In this document: in pieces, positions 21,601 through 30,191 of the stretch
Position numbering within the stretch: position 1 is the stretch's first letter
Layout of the letters: every line of letters begins with the position of its first letter
Assembly: GCA_965206595.1 (NCBI GenBank)
Contig: OZ242214.1
Span: 1,696,001 to 1,760,000, forward strand
Length of the DNA: 64,000 nt
DNA from: Candidatus Latescibacterota bacterium
Lineage (GTDB): Bacteria; Latescibacterota; UBA2968; UBA8231
Reading direction: 5' to 3'
Translations under genes and position numbers: made by a program
Notes under the pieces: model-generated
Database searches by the model: none
Told to the model about the DNA's origin: nothing
Seen by the model: only the letters and a program-made list of their open reading frames with translations

Positions 21601-21831
21601 CACTTCATGTTCTCCTACCGGGACGTCCAGAAGGGTGAAGCGTCCCTGCTCGTCCGACGATCCTCCGAGGTTGAGGGCCGGGATGGAGACCAGGGCGCTT
21701 TCAAGGGCCTGTCCGCTGGGGTCGTCGACGACGGTGACGGCGATCGCACCGGTCGTTTGCGCCTGTGCCGGCGCGGCTCCGAGGAAGGCCAAGGCGACCA
21801 GCATCGAAATGCAACTGTTCAAAGTGTTCAT
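18664..21831 (-). CDS. TonB-dependent receptor
   Basis: Signal peptide, AVTGT, VNLRGLGASRTLVLFNGRR, RVEVLKEGAAAIYGSDAVAGVANF, FRTPSL. Confidence 0.95.
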   Translation of the reverse strand: MNTLNSCISMLVALAFLGAAPAQAQTTGAIAVTVVDDPSGQALESALVSIPALNLGGSSDEQGRFTLLDVPVGEHEVTVESIGYSRATATVAVEAGTVADVELRLEPAAILFEETAVTGTAFKESPINLPYAVTTASREKLKEQGSPQPVDFFKNLSASHGVIGERSSWYNSGQAATLSESIANVNLRGLGASRTLVLFNGRRQTYVPARLIGGRFVDVNAIPSIALDRVEVLKEGAAAIYGSDAVAGVANFLTRSDFTGFEVSANHEYFADAGDTDAGAIWGGKLGGAHAVVAGEWRKRRELPSTERDYLLQPWHGGGQRLGWSSLGNPGTFAVGAPAPWTAAIHAPRCEQFGGFRESWTCRFRYQQYENLIEDMSHVRAFTEINGALDNGTEYHFEGLWAAAEIPNWYTTPSYPPFPLTDTSIMEVAPDHPGRQAFCEDYGGEDGDLYYADCQDGENWYFNGRPFGNSGPGRIYGRDSSTWRVAASANGDFASFGGRETHYDLGLSYSRTEGNYNLPGVYIERLFLGFRGFGGPDCGVGVDADLTSLAGMRLGPLNGQVAGQGDCQYYNPFGNAIEFADQHGSEFSTQGNPDYRAALANSPELRKWLNQEVDLQSTADMLVADATLTGTWIEDVASYAGGYQFRLLNASGDPNDEGDVTINPCPVVGDMNCSAEDRFGPYAFTNVNRPYDESQTVHRIFAEIPLSLGSRFDTQLAANYEFHDVASSFNPKFGGRLQLAESSTQSLFLRGSVQTTFRTPSLDDVNESPLSTLEWINETGAYQTVDRIGSKDLKPEQAFTYNAGLALITSAGVEATFDYWSYDFKDVIGAMPHGAITALYDANKEALKQFIVCPDGVGTGTCDASKLERVRVDIVNWPGVKTSGIDMHLGTRAPAGSGQVAASLDGSYILAYETKALMLGDLELQEAADAAGYLNFGNPIATSLPKFKGRASAGYHWKTYSLVSYLNYISSYEDRGSMASDNAAIKDLFGTIDPFVTLDVSFLFSLPRGANMVLSGMNLLDTRPPLVNIEQAYDGFTHDPKGRRVKLAVTWQLGP

Positions 21832-22397
21832 CGGGCTGCTCCTCAATCGATTACAGGTTCCGCCAGTCAGGACCGTTGTCTGACTTCCAACGCAGTCAGA
21901 ATGGGGGATGTACTGCCGGGGCTTCGGCGGCAACCAGGCCGCGGGGTCGATGCAGATGTAGATGCATCGGAAGGGTGTCCTCTGCAGGCCATTCGATCTA
22001 GGAGAGGGGGGCTTGCCGGAAGCCTGTGGGTCGTAGCGCCCAAGGTCCGGATGACCCCTCTACCAGGCCTCTGGTATCGGATGGTTTCCAGGGAGGACCA
22101 CCAGGAAGGTGATGGGGCTTGGAGGGCCATCGTCAGCGTTCTTCCCGGAGATGGGGCCAGACGGGCGCGTGAGGTGTACCCCCTCGAGTGACAACGGGTC
22201 GGAGAATGCAACACTGGTTCTGGTTTTCCCTGTTCGAAGCATGGGGAGACCTTACATCTCCATGCAGCTTGGGAGTTCAGAGTACGGCAATGGAGCTGGC
22301 TCGATCCGAAACCTGACCGCGTGACCCGTGGGATCCCGAGTGGTACGAGGTTTGTGCCGTTCCGAGTGCCAAGACGATTCGCCTGGGCGTAGAACAG

Positions 22398-23318
22398 CTA
22401 CCTCTTTTTCTTCCGCGTTCCCGAGCGCCCCGGGAAAGTGAGTTCCGCTACGCCTGACTTGTCCAGCTCCCCCTTTCCGATCTTGATCATGCGGTCGAAC
22501 TGGCGTTTTGTCGTCCGCGCCAACGGCAGGTCGAGCCCGGCCTGGCGCGCCACGGACAGGGCGATTCCGGAGTCCTTGGCGGCGTGGGCGGCGGAGAAGT
22601 AGCACTCGTGATCGCGTGCCACCATGTCCTCTCCATCGGTCTCGAGAACCCTCGAGTTTGCCCCGGTCTGGGAGAAGACTTCCATGAGCATCTCCAAGTC
22701 GAGACCGAGCGCCTTTCCGAGTCCGAGGCCTTCGGCCAGGCCCGCAGTGTTGATGTTCATCACCATGTTTACGAGGGCCTTGACTTCGGCTGCATTGCCC
22801 GTGGGGCCGATGTAGCGCAGGGCTTTGCTCATGGATTTCAGCACCGGCAGAACCCTGTCGTACACCTCGCGCTCGCCGCCGCACATCAGGTAAAGGGTCC
22901 CTTCGCGGGCTTGTGTGATGCTGCTCGCCATGCATCCTTCGAGGGTGGAGGCACCGGCTTCGGCAGCCCGTTTTTCGACCTCGCGATGGGCGTCGGGTGT
23001 AATGGTGGCGCAATTGATGAACGTCCTGCCCTCCGCCCCTGCGAGCAGGCTGTCCCCGCTCAGTGAGAAGATCGAGCGCATTGCCTTGTCGTCGGTAACC
23101 ACGGTGATGATCGTGTTAGCGGCCGCGGTGACTTCGGCCAGCTTTTTAACCGCCTTCGCTTCCAGCTCCTTGGCGAGCCGGGTTGCCAGGGAAGGCCTGA
23201 CGTCGTAGAGGACAGTGACAGGAAAACCGGAGTCCTTGAGATGCCTGGCGATGTTGGCGCCCATGCGGCCGACTCCGACAACGCCGATCTGGAACTTCTT
23301 TTTGTTCACTCTAGGCAT
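22398..23318 (-). CDS. 3-hydroxyisobutyrate/tartronate-semialdehyde reductase family NAD(P)-dependent oxidoreductase
   Basis: GVVGVGRMGANIA, CATI, AEVKALVN, AAKDSG. Confidence 0.9.
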   Translation of the reverse strand: MPRVNKKKFQIGVVGVGRMGANIARHLKDSGFPVTVLYDVRPSLATRLAKELEAKAVKKLAEVTAAANTIITVVTDDKAMRSIFSLSGDSLLAGAEGRTFINCATITPDAHREVEKRAAEAGASTLEGCMASSITQAREGTLYLMCGGEREVYDRVLPVLKSMSKALRYIGPTGNAAEVKALVNMVMNINTAGLAEGLGLGKALGLDLEMLMEVFSQTGANSRVLETDGEDMVARDHECYFSAAHAAKDSGIALSVARQAGLDLPLARTTKRQFDRMIKIGKGELDKSGVAELTFPGRSGTRKKKR

Positions 23319-23349
23319 GTGCCGATCTCCTTGTGCTTGTTTGAAAGCC

Positions 23350-23385
23350 CGACCTTCGTTGGCATTGCGACCTTCGTTGGCATTG
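23350..23385. repeat. Perfect 18-bp tandem duplication (CGACCTTCGTTGGCATTG x2)
   Basis: Read directly. Confidence 0.9.
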
Positions 23386-23677
23386 CCAAGTATGCCGTAA
23401 AGCGGCGTGAAGATAGGGTGAACTCCAGAGGGCGACAAGCAGTTGCCGGTGCAGACTTCAGGGCAGGCTCCGGCCTGTTCAGAATCTGTACTGCCACTCA
23501 AGGTCCCGGCACCCGAGGCCTTCTTGTGCCCGGAATTATTGCGGGCGAAAAGGGGGGAGAATGCCCGATGTCGCGGCCCAAGCCTCAGGGCACGAAAATG
23601 TCAGATGCCTTGCCGCATGACGCGTTTGCCATTTGCTTGCTCTGTCTTTCCGAGGAAGCCAACGGGGTGAACGGGAG

Positions 23678-24469
23678 ATGAAAATCGGCGTAACGCAGAT
23701 TGTTCTGGGTCGGATGAGTCTGGACGATACACTCGAGCTTTGTCAGGAGGCCGGGTACGACGCGCTGGAGCTTGTCTTCAGTCCCGGCAAGGATCTCGAC
23801 GTGCATATGAGCGAGCCTGACCTCGCCAGGGTGGCGACGCGTTGTGATAGGGCAGGGGTCAAGATTGCGAGCGTGATCGCCAACCTCCCCGAGAGGGGCA
23901 ACCTGCTGAGCCGGGAGGCAGGGGAGAGAGAGCAGTGCTGTCGTTGCGTATCGCGTGCCCTGGAGATCGCCGCTACTCTCGGTGCCGGGGCGACGCTCCT
24001 CCACCCGGGACAGCTGCCCGTCGAGGGCACCTACCTCGATGCATGGAACGATCTCACGGAAGCGCTGGCGCGCCTCGCCAGCGAGGCGAAGGCACACGGG
24101 GTGGCAATCGGCTTGGAGAACGTGTGGAACAAGTTCCTCCTCAGTCCGGACGAGGCCGTCAGGCTGGTCGAGGCCGTGGGCAGCGAGTGGATCGGCATCT
24201 ATCTCGATACTGCAAACATGATGGCGTACGGATACCCGGAGCACTGGATCCGCGCCCTGGGATCGCGCATCGTGCGCGTGCACCTGAAGGACTTCGACCG
24301 CGCCGGGCACAGGTTCGTCAACCTCGGGGAGGGGGACACCGACTGGCCAACGGTCATGGCGGAACTCCGCGCCGTCGGATACACATCCTCGCTCATCCAC
24401 GAAGTCGGAGGAGACCGGTCCACCCTCGTCGACCTGGGAGAGCGCATGCGGCGCATCGCCTCCCTGTAA
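23678..24469 (+). CDS. Sugar-phosphate isomerase/epimerase (xylose-isomerase-like TIM barrel)
   Basis: GYDALEL, GLENVWNKFLLSP, YLDTAN, VHLKD, GEGDTDW. Confidence 0.9.
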   Translation: MKIGVTQIVLGRMSLDDTLELCQEAGYDALELVFSPGKDLDVHMSEPDLARVATRCDRAGVKIASVIANLPERGNLLSREAGEREQCCRCVSRALEIAATLGAGATLLHPGQLPVEGTYLDAWNDLTEALARLASEAKAHGVAIGLENVWNKFLLSPDEAVRLVEAVGSEWIGIYLDTANMMAYGYPEHWIRALGSRIVRVHLKDFDRAGHRFVNLGEGDTDWPTVMAELRAVGYTSSLIHEVGGDRSTLVDLGERMRRIASL

Positions 24470-24489
24470 CGGAAAGGAAGAAGACCGAA

Positions 24490-25212
24490 TTGACCTACGT
24501 GAAGAACTGGAGAGACGTTCAGCCGAACATCTCCCACCTGAGCGCCGTTCATTGGGGCGGCCTGCGGCCAGGCGCGGGGGGAGATCCCGACGACGACCGT
24601 GATCGCCTGACCCGGCTGGGCGGTTTCGCCCGCCACGCCCTGCAAGGCCGCAAGACCTCGGACCATCACAAGCACGACCGCCTGGAGCAGGTGTACTACA
24701 TCCTGAGCGGGTCGGGCGAGGTCCTGTTCGACGGCAGGCGATTCCCCGTCGAGAGCGGCGATGCCGTCTATTTGCCCTCGGGTCTGTACCACCAGATGTT
24801 CAACGACATGAACGAAGACTGGCTCGAGCATCACGTGATCAGTATGCCTGTCGAGGAGGACGGCGGCGGCATCGCCATCCGCAACTGGCGCCGGGCGAGC
24901 CCGCAGGGGGATGGCGGTGGAGCCATCCGCTGGCACCAGCTCGGCCCCCTCGGGGAGGGGGATTCCGGCTGTCTTCGCGGCATGGCGTTCATCGACCGCG
25001 AAGCCGTGCAGCCGCAAAGCAGGTCGGCGACGCGCAGGTGCGGGGATCTCGAGCAGGTTTATTACGGGGTCGAAAACTCCGGGGTGATCACCGTCGACGG
25101 GGAAGAGGTAGCCTTCACCGAAGGGGACATGATCCACCTCCCTCCCGGCTGCGAGTACAGCATCGCCAACCCCAACCGGGACTGGGTCAGCTACCTCATC
25201 ATGGCGGCCTAG
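24490..25212 (+). CDS. Tandem cupin-domain protein
   Basis: HHKH..LEQVYYILSGSG..GDAVYLP..H, with a second EQVYY/GDMIHLP repeat; TTG start after AGGA. Confidence 0.8.
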   Translation: MTYVKNWRDVQPNISHLSAVHWGGLRPGAGGDPDDDRDRLTRLGGFARHALQGRKTSDHHKHDRLEQVYYILSGSGEVLFDGRRFPVESGDAVYLPSGLYHQMFNDMNEDWLEHHVISMPVEEDGGGIAIRNWRRASPQGDGGGAIRWHQLGPLGEGDSGCLRGMAFIDREAVQPQSRSATRRCGDLEQVYYGVENSGVITVDGEEVAFTEGDMIHLPPGCEYSIANPNRDWVSYLIMAA

Positions 25213-25304
25213 GGGCCTGTCCGGGTGTTTCATTCGGGCAGGACTCGCATCGGCCAAGGTCGGGCACGGTCAGGGTCACGAAAACAGCGCTGGAGAACAG
25301 AAAA

Positions 25305-25544
25305 ATGGCTGCATTGCAGGAACTTCACGCGGTCCTGAACGATATGATGGCGTCGATCGCCGGTGGCGGGAAGCAAGGAGGGGATGATATTGCGGGGAAG
25401 CTGGCCAGAATCGACGACCTGTGCCGAGAGTTGGGGGCCGAGGCCCCTCCCATGCTCCGGCATTTCCTCGAGAAGCGCAGCTATGCAAAGGCGCTCGAGT
25501 TCCTCGATGGAGCCGACCAGCCGGAAACGCCGAACTGCCAGTAG
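25305..25544 (+). CDS. Small hypothetical helical protein
   Basis: GGAG RBS; MLRHFLEKRSYAKALEFL; stop 4 bp before the next start. Confidence 0.6.
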   Translation: MAALQELHAVLNDMMASIAGGGKQGGDDIAGKLARIDDLCRELGAEAPPMLRHFLEKRSYAKALEFLDGADQPETPNCQ

Positions 25545-25547
25545 GGG

Positions 25548-25871
25548 ATGCACCCGAGCCGCCGCGCCATCTACACCGTTGTCGCCGGTATCCCTCATGG
25601 ACGGGTCGCCACCTACGGCCAGGTAGCCGCTCTCGCCGGAGTGCGCGGAAACGCACGGCAGGTCGGGTACGCACTCGCCGCGATACCGGAGTCGCTCGAT
25701 CTGCCGTGGCACCGCGTGATCAACGCGAGGGGCGGGGTGTCGGCGAGAAAGCGGACCAGGCTGCACGACCTGCAGCGCCAGCTTCTTGAGTTGGAGGGGA
25801 TCGAATTCCTGGGCGGGATGGTCGACCTGGGGCGCTTCCGCTGGAACCCGGATCCCTGTCCCACCTGTTGA
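25548..25871 (+). CDS. atl: Alkyltransferase-like protein (ATL, MGMT family)
   Basis: IPHGRVATYGQVA, ARQVG, PWHRV (Trp in place of the catalytic Cys). Confidence 0.9.
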   Translation: MHPSRRAIYTVVAGIPHGRVATYGQVAALAGVRGNARQVGYALAAIPESLDLPWHRVINARGGVSARKRTRLHDLQRQLLELEGIEFLGGMVDLGRFRWNPDPCPTC

Positions 25872-25949
25872 ATCACCCGGTCCGTCAGTAAGCATGCCCC
25901 CCATGATCGCCACATTTGTGCGGGAGTCCGTCGGGGCGGAGGGCCGTTG

Positions 25950-27296
25950 ATGGCAGGGTCACCCACCCTGAACCGGCGCATCCTCAGACTGGCGGTCCCC
26001 AACCTTTTGGCCGCGGTCTCGGTGCCGCTGATAGGCATCGCGGATACGGCGATGATAGGACATCTCGAACAGGTGGCTTTTCTGGGTGCGGTAGCCACGG
26101 CGAGCGTGATCCTCGATTTCATTTTCTGGGGCGCGGGTTTCCTGCGCATGGGGACGACCTCGATCGTCGCCCAGTACCACGGCGCCGGCGACCGGCGCGC
26201 CTGCGCCCAGAGTCTGTACCGCGGGCTGCTGCTGGCGCTGGCCATTGCCGCGGCCATCCTGCTGCTGCGGCAGCCGATCACCTTGATCGGTTTCGAGCTG
26301 GCCGGCGGCAGCGAAGAGGTCCGTTTCTGGGGACAGCGGTACATCGACGTGCGCATCTGGAGCGTTCCGATGAATCTCTCGGTTCTCGTTCTCACCGGGT
26401 TCTTCCTCGGCACCGCCAACGTCCTCGTTCCTATGTACATCACCTTCGCCACCAACCTGGTGAACGTGGCCGCAGATTACGCCCTGATATTCGGCCACTG
26501 GGGGGCGCCGGCGATGGGGGTCGTCGGCGCCGCCTGGGCGGCCCTGCTGTCGAGCGCGGTCGGGCTGGCCATCGGCCTTCTGGCACTGGCGGCGAGATAC
26601 CGGGATTACCTGCGGCAGGGGGTCGGGCAGCTGTTCGAACGCGGTGCCATGCGGCACCTGATATCGACAAACAGCTACCTCCTTGCCCGCACACTCTGCC
26701 TCCTGTTTTGCCAGTTCTTCCTGCTCGCTGTCGTGTCGCGCCTAGGGGAGGTTTCACTGGCGGCCCACGCCATCCTCTGGCAGATCTGGGGCCTCGTCAG
26801 CTACGCCGTGGACGGCTTTGCCCACGCCGCCGAGACCCTGGTCGGCAACAGCCTCGGAGCGGGTGATTTCACGGGGGCCCGCCGGGTCTGCAGGCGCATC
26901 ATGGTGTGGGGAATCGGAATAGGGTCCTGTTTTGCGGTGGCGTTCGGTATCGGCATGAATGCGCTGGCGTCTGTTTTTACCGAACACGGAGAGGTCGTCG
27001 CGGCGATCGTCCCGCTCACCCCGATGCTCGCCCTGGCGCAGCCGATGAATGCCGCGGTTTTCGTGTTCGACGGCATTTTCATCGGGGCCAACGACGTCGC
27101 CTACCTGTCGCGAGCCATGCTCATTGCGGCGCTTCTTTTCTTTCTCCCCGCGGTGACGCTGCTGGTTTTCCAGCTCGAAGGGGGGCTGCAGGGAGCCTGG
27201 CTGGCGTACATTGTGCTGATGCTCGGGAGGTTGGTGACGTTGTGGAAACGCTACCGTGACGAAGCCTGGCTGCGGACCTTCGTCAGCTCCCGGTGA
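25950..27296 (+). CDS. MATE-family efflux protein (DinF-like)
   Basis: VPLIGIADTAMIGH, FLRMGTT, DGFAHAAE, FDGIFIGA; ~12 TM segments. Confidence 0.92.
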   Translation: MAGSPTLNRRILRLAVPNLLAAVSVPLIGIADTAMIGHLEQVAFLGAVATASVILDFIFWGAGFLRMGTTSIVAQYHGAGDRRACAQSLYRGLLLALAIAAAILLLRQPITLIGFELAGGSEEVRFWGQRYIDVRIWSVPMNLSVLVLTGFFLGTANVLVPMYITFATNLVNVAADYALIFGHWGAPAMGVVGAAWAALLSSAVGLAIGLLALAARYRDYLRQGVGQLFERGAMRHLISTNSYLLARTLCLLFCQFFLLAVVSRLGEVSLAAHAILWQIWGLVSYAVDGFAHAAETLVGNSLGAGDFTGARRVCRRIMVWGIGIGSCFAVAFGIGMNALASVFTEHGEVVAAIVPLTPMLALAQPMNAAVFVFDGIFIGANDVAYLSRAMLIAALLFFLPAVTLLVFQLEGGLQGAWLAYIVLMLGRLVTLWKRYRDEAWLRTFVSSR

Positions 27297-27335
27297 CCCG
27301 CTTTCTCCCAATCCACGGACAAGGACAAGGACAAC

Positions 27336-27707
27336 ATGGCTTTCATTAAAGAAGAGGAGCTTCCCAAGCTGGAGCTTTTCCCCAAGGCATTCAGCGGCAT
27401 AGTTGCCGGAGAAGGAATCATGCTGTCGTTTCTCGATCTCCACCCGGGCTGCGAAATACCGGAACACAGTCACCCCCACGAACAGGCCGGACTGGTCCTC
27501 CAAGGCAGTTTCCGCTTCCGCATCGGCTCGGAGGAGCGGCTGACCGGCCCGGGTGACGCCTTCATCGTCCCTCCCGATGTCGTTCATTCCGGAGAGGTGG
27601 TGCAGGGGCCGGTGAGGATCGTCGACATTTTCTCCCCGCCTCGCGAGGATTACCTCGAGAAGTACAACCGCTTCAAGGAGACCTCCGCTTCGACCCGGTG
27701 GGAGTGA
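27336..27707 (+). CDS. Cupin-domain protein (KdgF-like)
   Basis: HSHPHEQ...IVPPDVVH...DIFSPPREDY. Confidence 0.88.
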   Translation: MAFIKEEELPKLELFPKAFSGIVAGEGIMLSFLDLHPGCEIPEHSHPHEQAGLVLQGSFRFRIGSEERLTGPGDAFIVPPDVVHSGEVVQGPVRIVDIFSPPREDYLEKYNRFKETSASTRWE

Positions 27708-27718
27708 AAGAGGACCTC

Positions 27719-28675
27719 ATGCCAAGAACCGAAATCACTACCGCGGATTGCGCCACTGTTCTGGTCGTCGCCATTACTCCCCGGCAGGGGAATGGCAGCA
27801 TCGATGTCGAAGGTGCCCGGCGCAACGCCGAGTTCCTTATCACGAGCGGTGCCGGCTTTCTGATGCCGATGTGCGGAACCGGACTGGTGTACGACGCCAG
27901 CCTGGAGGAGTACGAAACCGTAGTCGGCGCCGTTGTCGATCAGGCAGCTGACCGGGCTGTTGTAGTGCCAGGAATCGGTCCCGGGTACGGGCGCTCGCTC
28001 GAAATGGCCGCCATCGCCCGTTCCGCGGGTGCCGCCGGCGTCATGATCATGCCGATCGTCGGTCCCGCTTCGGACAACGGTGCGAAAGCGGGTCTGGAGG
28101 AGATTGCCCGAGGCATCCGCTTGCCCGTCCTCCTGTACCAGAGACGGCTCGACATCATGCCCGTGAACCACGTCGTCGAGCTCTGCCGGTTCGACGAGGT
28201 TGTGGGGCTGAAGTACGCTGTCGACGATTTGCCCGCCTTTTCCAGGATTGCCGCGAGGGTGGCCCCGCACGCGGCGATGGTCTGCGGCATGGCGGAAGAT
28301 CCCTGCATCGACTACCTGGAAGCGGGGGCGGTCGGGTTCAGCTCCGGCATGGCAAACTTCGTCCCGAGAATGAGCCTGGAGCTGTTGCGCTCGTTTCGTG
28401 CCGGGGAGACCGCGGCCGCGGCGAGCCTTCGCGCTGAAATGGTTCCCTTCGAAGACATGCGCGGCGAGGACTCCGCCCGTTACAGCTCCGCCGCTCTGCA
28501 CGCTGCCATGGAATACGCTGGCCTGGCAGGGGGGCCGGTGGTTCCGTTTACCGAGCCGGTCGCCGCGGCGGATCTGCCCCGTCTGCACGAAATGATGGAC
28601 CGGCTGCTGCGCCGGGAAGGCGAACTCCGGGAAGGGGCCTCTGCGGCGCTGGTAGGGGGGGAGGGATCTGCATGA
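27719..28675 (+). CDS. DHDPS/N-acetylneuraminate lyase family (5-dehydro-4-deoxyglucarate dehydratase-like)
   Basis: AITP, CGTG, LYQR, VGLKYA Schiff-base Lys, GFSSGMANF. Confidence 0.85.
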   Translation: MPRTEITTADCATVLVVAITPRQGNGSIDVEGARRNAEFLITSGAGFLMPMCGTGLVYDASLEEYETVVGAVVDQAADRAVVVPGIGPGYGRSLEMAAIARSAGAAGVMIMPIVGPASDNGAKAGLEEIARGIRLPVLLYQRRLDIMPVNHVVELCRFDEVVGLKYAVDDLPAFSRIAARVAPHAAMVCGMAEDPCIDYLEAGAVGFSSGMANFVPRMSLELLRSFRAGETAAAASLRAEMVPFEDMRGEDSARYSSAALHAAMEYAGLAGGPVVPFTEPVAAADLPRLHEMMDRLLRREGELREGASAALVGGEGSA

Positions 28676-29799
28676 TGGCGGCTGGCCACGGGCAGCTGCG
28701 CGTCGGGCTGGTGGGAACGGGGGGGGTGTGCGACCAGGTTCACTACCCCGGCTTTTCACGCATTCCCGGAGTGGAGGTGGCGGCGCTGGTCGAAGTCGAC
28801 TCCGACCTTCTCGTCAGCAGGTTGCGCGAATGGGAGGTTTCCGAGGGGTACACCACCCTTACCGAGGCGCTGCAAAAGGCGGAGCTCGACGCGGTCGCCA
28901 TCGCTACGCCCAACAATCTGCACCGGGATCTCATAGAGGAAGCCTTGGGAGCGGGGTGCCACGTCCTGTGCGAGAAGCCTCTCGGAATGAACTACGAAGA
29001 GACCCGCGAGATCTACGAAACGGCCGCTTGCTCCGGCCGGAGGCACATGACCGCCTTTTCCTACCGGTTCGTCCCGGGAATGACCTATCTGAAGCACCTC
29101 GTCGATGCGGGTGAGCTGGGCAAAATCAGGCATGCCCGTTTTCAACGCCTTCAGGACTGGGGAGAGCATGCTATCGGCTGGCGGCAATTCAAGGATCGGG
29201 CGGGATCGGGCGAACTCGGTGACATGGGCATCCACCGCATCGATTTTGCCGAGAATCTGCTGGGGCCGATCCGTTCGGTCTGCGCGCACATGAAGCAGTT
29301 GGCGCGCCGGAACCGAACCGAGGCTGGACAGCCTTGTCCCCCCCAGGACGTCGAGGATTGGGTCGCTTGGATCGCCGAGTTCGAGAGTGGGGCCACTGCC
29401 GTGTTCGAGATGGGGAAATTGACCAAGGGACACGGGCCGCAGGGAGATCACGACCTCGCCGAGTTGAACGGCACCAGGGCTTCCGGGGCTTATCGCCTGC
29501 ACACGCCGCACGAGATTCAGCTCGGGGAACGCCGCTGCCCGTACAGGACCGTCCAGGTTCCCGAACGATTCCTCAAACGTACCGGTTCGCCGCGCGATCC
29601 CAATGAGGGGGTCCCGACGACGGTATTCCGCTACGATCAGGCCTGGGAGTTCGTCTCCGCCATCAGGGAAGGCCGCGAGTGCGTGCCCTCCTTCTATCAC
29701 GGGATGCGGGCCCAGCTGGTTGCCGACATGGTGGTGAAGGCGGCGAGCGAGCGCCGCTGGGTGGACGTTCCCGAAATCGAGCCGTTCTCCTCCCCATAG
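28672..29799 (+). CDS. Gfo/Idh/MocA oxidoreductase
   Basis: GLVGTG, IATPNNLH, HVLCEKP, GELGDMGIHRID. Confidence 0.93.
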   Translation: MMAAGHGQLRVGLVGTGGVCDQVHYPGFSRIPGVEVAALVEVDSDLLVSRLREWEVSEGYTTLTEALQKAELDAVAIATPNNLHRDLIEEALGAGCHVLCEKPLGMNYEETREIYETAACSGRRHMTAFSYRFVPGMTYLKHLVDAGELGKIRHARFQRLQDWGEHAIGWRQFKDRAGSGELGDMGIHRIDFAENLLGPIRSVCAHMKQLARRNRTEAGQPCPPQDVEDWVAWIAEFESGATAVFEMGKLTKGHGPQGDHDLAELNGTRASGAYRLHTPHEIQLGERRCPYRTVQVPERFLKRTGSPRDPNEGVPTTVFRYDQAWEFVSAIREGRECVPSFYHGMRAQLVADMVVKAASERRWVDVPEIEPFSSP

Positions 29800-30191
29800 A
29801 GAAATAGCCGAGGAACAAGGTCGTCCAAGAAGCCGCCCGCCGGTACCGTGGAGGGTTACCATCCCGGCTGGGGGCGGTCATTCCAGAAGAGGTGGTTGCT
29901 CGCGGAAGGAAGAAGGTGCCCGCCGGGAAAGACGAAACCGCCAGCCGCCTTGGCCTTTGATGTGGGATCCGGCGACAGTGAGCAGGAGCTCTGCCAGATC
30001 GGAATCCCTCAAATCCGGTTCGTTGCGGTCACCGTCAATGACCGGAGACCGGCGGTTCCCACGTCAGACTCGAGCGAACGGCATTTCACCAGAGAACCGG
30101 GCTGCTGCTGCGACCTGTGAATCGGCGATTCTCCGGCTGATCCCTTGAAAATTTTCGCAGTGGGCTCTGGGCTTTGCGATGGAAGTGCAGA

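Noticed and set aside
21832-22397. Cobalamin riboswitch upstream of the TonB receptor
   Set aside because: Only an AGGGAA word; the CGGTG..AA.TCCG and GCCACTG core elements are absent
29800-30191. Small ORFs or ncRNA between convergent genes
   Set aside because: No RBS, motif or convincing structure
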